Source: Verrucomicrobiia bacterium
Lineage (GTDB): Bacteria; Verrucomicrobiota; Verrucomicrobiia; CAIQCK01
Assembly: GCA_041651735.1 (NCBI GenBank)
Contig: JBAZIR010000001.1
Span: 799-64,798 of the forward strand
Reading direction: 5' to 3'
DNA length: 64,000 bases
Translations under genes and position numbers: made by a program
The notes under the pieces: model-generated
Told to the model about the DNA's origin: nothing
The model's input: only the letters and a program-made list of their open reading frames with translations
Databases searched by the model: none
Part shown: positions 61,367 through 64,000 of the stretch, one piece after another
How positions within the stretch are numbered: position 1 is the stretch's first letter
Layout of the letters: the number at the start of each line of letters is the position of its first letter

Positions 61367-63292
61367 ATGATGACGCGAACGCATCTATTCTTGCTCAGCA
61401 TCTTCCTGGCGGCTGTTCCGATGCAAATATTGGCGGAAGACCGGCAGGAGCTTCCCAAGCGATTACAACGGAAGGACTGCTACTTCGGCGTTCATTTTGA
61501 TTTCCATGCCGAGCCGTCAGACAAAAATATCGGACAGAACACCACGCCGGAAATGGTCAACAAGATGATTGACCTCATCCAGCCTGACTTCATCCAGGTT
61601 GACACCAAAGGACATCCCGGTCTTTCGAGTTACCCGACCCGGGTCGGGAACCACGGCGGGAGTTTTGTCGGTGACCCGCTCAAGGTATGGAGGGAAGTGA
61701 CCGCTCGGCGAGGCGTTGCCTTGTATGCGCACCATTCCGGATTGTGTGACGGGTGTGCCATGAAGAACCATCCCGACTGGGCGTGCGTTGACGCGCAGGG
61801 CCATACGAACAACGCCTACGTGTCGCTTTCCGGCCCGTATGCGGACAAGCTGCTGATACCGCAGCTCATCGAGCTGGCCGTTGATTACAAACTCGACGGC
61901 GCCTGGGTTGACGCGGAATGCATGGGCGCGACGGTTGATTATTCGGCTGCCGCGAAGAGAGCGTTTACCCAACAGACCGGGATCACGGCGATCCCGGCAA
62001 AACCGGGCGATCCTGAGTGGTTCACATGGACGCAGTTCCACCGGGAGGCTTTCCGAAAATACCTCCGGCATCATACCTCGGAGGTGAAGAAGAAGGCTCC
62101 GTGGTTTCAGTTCTGCTCGAACTACTCCTTTCTGATACCCATGCCGGAACCGGTCAGCGCCGGTGTGGATTTTCTTTCCGCGGATATCATGGACCTGAAC
62201 CATATGCGTTTCTATTCCCGTTTCATGGCGTCCCAGGGCATTCCGGGTGATCTCATGTCTTGGAGTTTCACGAAGTGGGGCCTTGGCACCCTGGATCCGC
62301 CGGAATCACGGAAACCGGCCGTCCAGTTGATGCGGGAAGCTGCCAGCGGCATTGCACAGGGGATTGGGTATCAGGCTGTCTTTTCTCAGGCGGGAGCTGG
62401 AAGGCGGCCTGTCCGGGACGGCAGTGTGGACCTGGAAAAACTCAAACCCATGGGCGAGGTCGCGAAATTCTGCCGGGAGCGCCAAAAGGTGTGTTTCAAG
62501 GCGAAGACCGTGCCTCAAATCGCGGTGCTGATTTCGACCGGGGCACAATATCGGAAGATGAGTCAGGTGGGCGACAGGCTATTTGCTTACGAGGGAATGC
62601 ATGCAGGCATTGCCTTTGGCCTGCTGGATAACCAATACGCGGTTGATGTCGTTCATAGCGCGCGGCTGTTGGAACGGCTCCATGAATACCCGTTGGTTGT
62701 TATTTGCGAGCAGGACTATCTCGAACCTGATCTGCGGGATCGGGTAGCCGGTTACGTGCAACAGGGCGGCAAGCTTCTCCTGATCGGTGACGGGATGGTC
62801 AAGCTATTCGGCAAGGAGATCGGCGGAGCGGAAAAGCATGAGATGCCTCAAGGCCTGTCCCCTCAGTCCTTTGCTTGCTACACGTTCGGAAAAGGAATGA
62901 TTGGCGTCCTTCCCCAACAGATCGGCGCTGAATATGCCAAAAAAGCTGATCCTGTTGTGCGGGATCTGATCGGCGTTGCCGCAAAGACGTTGTTTCCCAA
63001 TCCGATCGCGGTTGTCACCGGTTCCCACGATCTCGACGTTTCCGCTATGCGAACTCCGGCGGGCGGGCTTGCCGTGCATTTGGTCAACACATCCGGTCCT
63101 CACGAGCAATCCGCTTTGCTTTCCTCGATTGCGCGCGTCGGGCCACTGTCGGTGACGATCCGTTTCGGAACGAGACCCAAGCGCGTGCTTTTAGAGCCGG
63201 GCAGCCGGGAGTGCGGTCATGCTTATGAGAACGGCAACATTCGGTTGAATGTTGATGAAGTGAAACTGCATGAGATCATAGTTGTGGAATAG
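61367..63292 (+). CDS. secreted putative glycoside hydrolase (GHL6/GH42-like TIM barrel plus GH42M-like domain)
   Basis: Signal peptide MMTRTHLFLLSIFLAAVPMQILA. FGVHFDFHA...IQVDTKGHPG...DGAWVDAECMG barrel-like motifs. C-terminal IAVLIS...YPLVVICEQDYL...GGKLLLIGDG resembles the GH42 trimerisation domain. Confidence 0.55.
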   Translation: MMTRTHLFLLSIFLAAVPMQILAEDRQELPKRLQRKDCYFGVHFDFHAEPSDKNIGQNTTPEMVNKMIDLIQPDFIQVDTKGHPGLSSYPTRVGNHGGSFVGDPLKVWREVTARRGVALYAHHSGLCDGCAMKNHPDWACVDAQGHTNNAYVSLSGPYADKLLIPQLIELAVDYKLDGAWVDAECMGATVDYSAAAKRAFTQQTGITAIPAKPGDPEWFTWTQFHREAFRKYLRHHTSEVKKKAPWFQFCSNYSFLIPMPEPVSAGVDFLSADIMDLNHMRFYSRFMASQGIPGDLMSWSFTKWGLGTLDPPESRKPAVQLMREAASGIAQGIGYQAVFSQAGAGRRPVRDGSVDLEKLKPMGEVAKFCRERQKVCFKAKTVPQIAVLISTGAQYRKMSQVGDRLFAYEGMHAGIAFGLLDNQYAVDVVHSARLLERLHEYPLVVICEQDYLEPDLRDRVAGYVQQGGKLLLIGDGMVKLFGKEIGGAEKHEMPQGLSPQSFACYTFGKGMIGVLPQQIGAEYAKKADPVVRDLIGVAAKTLFPNPIAVVTGSHDLDVSAMRTPAGGLAVHLVNTSGPHEQSALLSSIARVGPLSVTIRFGTRPKRVLLEPGSRECGHAYENGNIRLNVDEVKLHEIIVVE

Positions 63293-63294
63293 AA

Positions 63295-63445
63295 GTCGGT
63301 GGCGCCAATTCCTGACTCCAGTCGGGTGACTGGTAATCCGTGGTTCGCAGTTGGTCGGCGGAGTGGGAGTGCTGGAGTTGTGGAGCCCTGAGGAGAAGAA
63401 TCGGCGGACGCGAAGTTCGGATTACGGAATCGGACGGAGGCTCAC
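63295..63445. repeat. dispersed 3'-flank repeat element, copy C
   Basis: GTCGG...CCTGACTCCAGTCGG...GGAGTGGGAGTGCTGGAGTTGTGGAG...GGATTACGGAATCGGACGGAGG, starting 3 nt after the hydrolase stop. Homologous by eye to 58275-58400. Confidence 0.6.
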
Positions 63446-63502
63446 GCAAAGCCGTAAAAATGCGAGGGCGGGTCGGTTCTGCAACGCCCCCGGTTCTCGT
63501 GA

Positions 63503-64000
63503 TCAGGGCTTGGAACCCAGAATGCCCTTCGTTTGGGCGGATTTGATTATCTCATCAAGGCTTCCTTCTGCAGAGACAGAAGGAGGCCGGGGACCGGGCT
63601 TTTGTTCCGTCAGCACGCGCCTCATCGCTTCCAGAATCGGTTCTTCCTGGGCCGTGAACGTCACCCTTCCCACCTCTTTGTTGTTTCGCCTGGTCGAGCC
63701 CAGGAAAATGATGTTTCCGCCTTCCAACCCTTGTTCAAAGACGATCCTGGCTCCCACGTAATCGTTTGGCCGGACTGCCTGGGAAACCAGCTTCTTGGCA
63801 TTCTGTGCCAGCGTGTTCGTTCGCTTGCGCAACCCCTCCGGCATGCCTGGATAAGTTTTTACTTTCTGGAGTTGCTGTTCGAAGAAGTAATAGAAGCGCG
63901 ATTCCTTGTTCAGTTTCAGGAACTCCACCTCAAAAGAACCCGGCCTTGAACTCAGGATCAGGTCCATGAATTCCCTGTTGGTTTCGAGCGACGATTGAAA
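63503..64000 (-). CDS. hypothetical protein, possibly 5'-truncated by the window edge
   Basis: The reading frame is open from the window end to the stop at 63503. An internal ATG at 63967 would give 154 aa. Lower GC. No family recognised. Confidence 0.4.
   Translation of the reverse strand, partial: FQSSLETNREFMDLILSSRPGSFEVEFLKLNKESRFYYFFEQQLQKVKTYPGMPEGLRKRTNTLAQNAKKLVSQAVRPNDYVGARIVFEQGLEGGNIIFLGSTRRNNKEVGRVTFTAQEEPILEAMRRVLTEQKPGPRPPSVSAEGSLDEIIKSAQTKGILGSKP

Noticed and set aside
1-64000. tRNA, rRNA or other structured RNA genes
   Set aside because: All intergenic gaps are short (mostly under 150 nt; the largest, 52088-52349 and 58273-58633, are repeat- or leader-like). None showed a cloverleaf-compatible acceptor and T-arm (GTTCRANNC) pattern by eye. 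A tRNAscan/Infernal run would be needed to be certain.

Overview
High-GC (roughly 65% by eye) bacterial chromosomal segment, densely coded on both strands. I could support about 64 protein genes. I recognised no rRNA, tRNA, CRISPR array, transposase or integrase. The gene content (T2SS pseudopilin cluster, sulfatase, Tat-signal enzymes, heptamer intergenic repeats) suggests a PVC-type organism such as Verrucomicrobiota or Planctomycetota, but that is a weak inference.

Layout:
- 1-17454: housekeeping genes (trpB 3' end, yicC, gmk, split coaC/coaB, pfkB-family kinase, orphan CsgG-like protein, cutA, HAD, mnmA, nrdR, NCS1-like permease, argH, SMR pump, dCMP deaminase, lysA).
- 17485-28316: fifteen co-directional minus-strand genes forming two ArsR-headed units. 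Unit 1 is arsR, a COG0701 permease, two mini-thioredoxins, a Tat-DGC protein, an anchored thioredoxin, a C_GCAxxG_C_C protein and CcdA. Unit 2 is arsR-arsC-arsM(CMD fusion)-acr3, running straight into a HlyD/FtsX/ABC exporter.
- 28492-31249: divergent mntH and uspA, then a TPR protein.
- 31339-43765: type II secretion cluster gspEFGHIJK-L/M-like-gspD, followed by a cNMP/Ser-Thr kinase/FHA protein.
- 45575-48251: rluA-family gene, TPR-zincin gene, HAD gene.
- 48263-63292: mosaic accessory locus with a secreted ThuA-like protein, a sulfatase, an HGSNAT-like membrane acetyltransferase, two about 80% identical DegT-type PLP aminotransferases carrying twin-arginine leaders, an exported protein of unknown family, an exported Cys-rich internally duplicated protein, a GH42-like hydrolase, a lower-GC insert, a DegT 3' relic and several repeat elements.

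My best candidates for undescribed biology are the exported-DegT locus and the ArsR-controlled envelope thiol-redox/permease operon. Gene starts were chosen by hand and many are uncertain by a few codons. Family assignments rest on motif recognition, not on searches.
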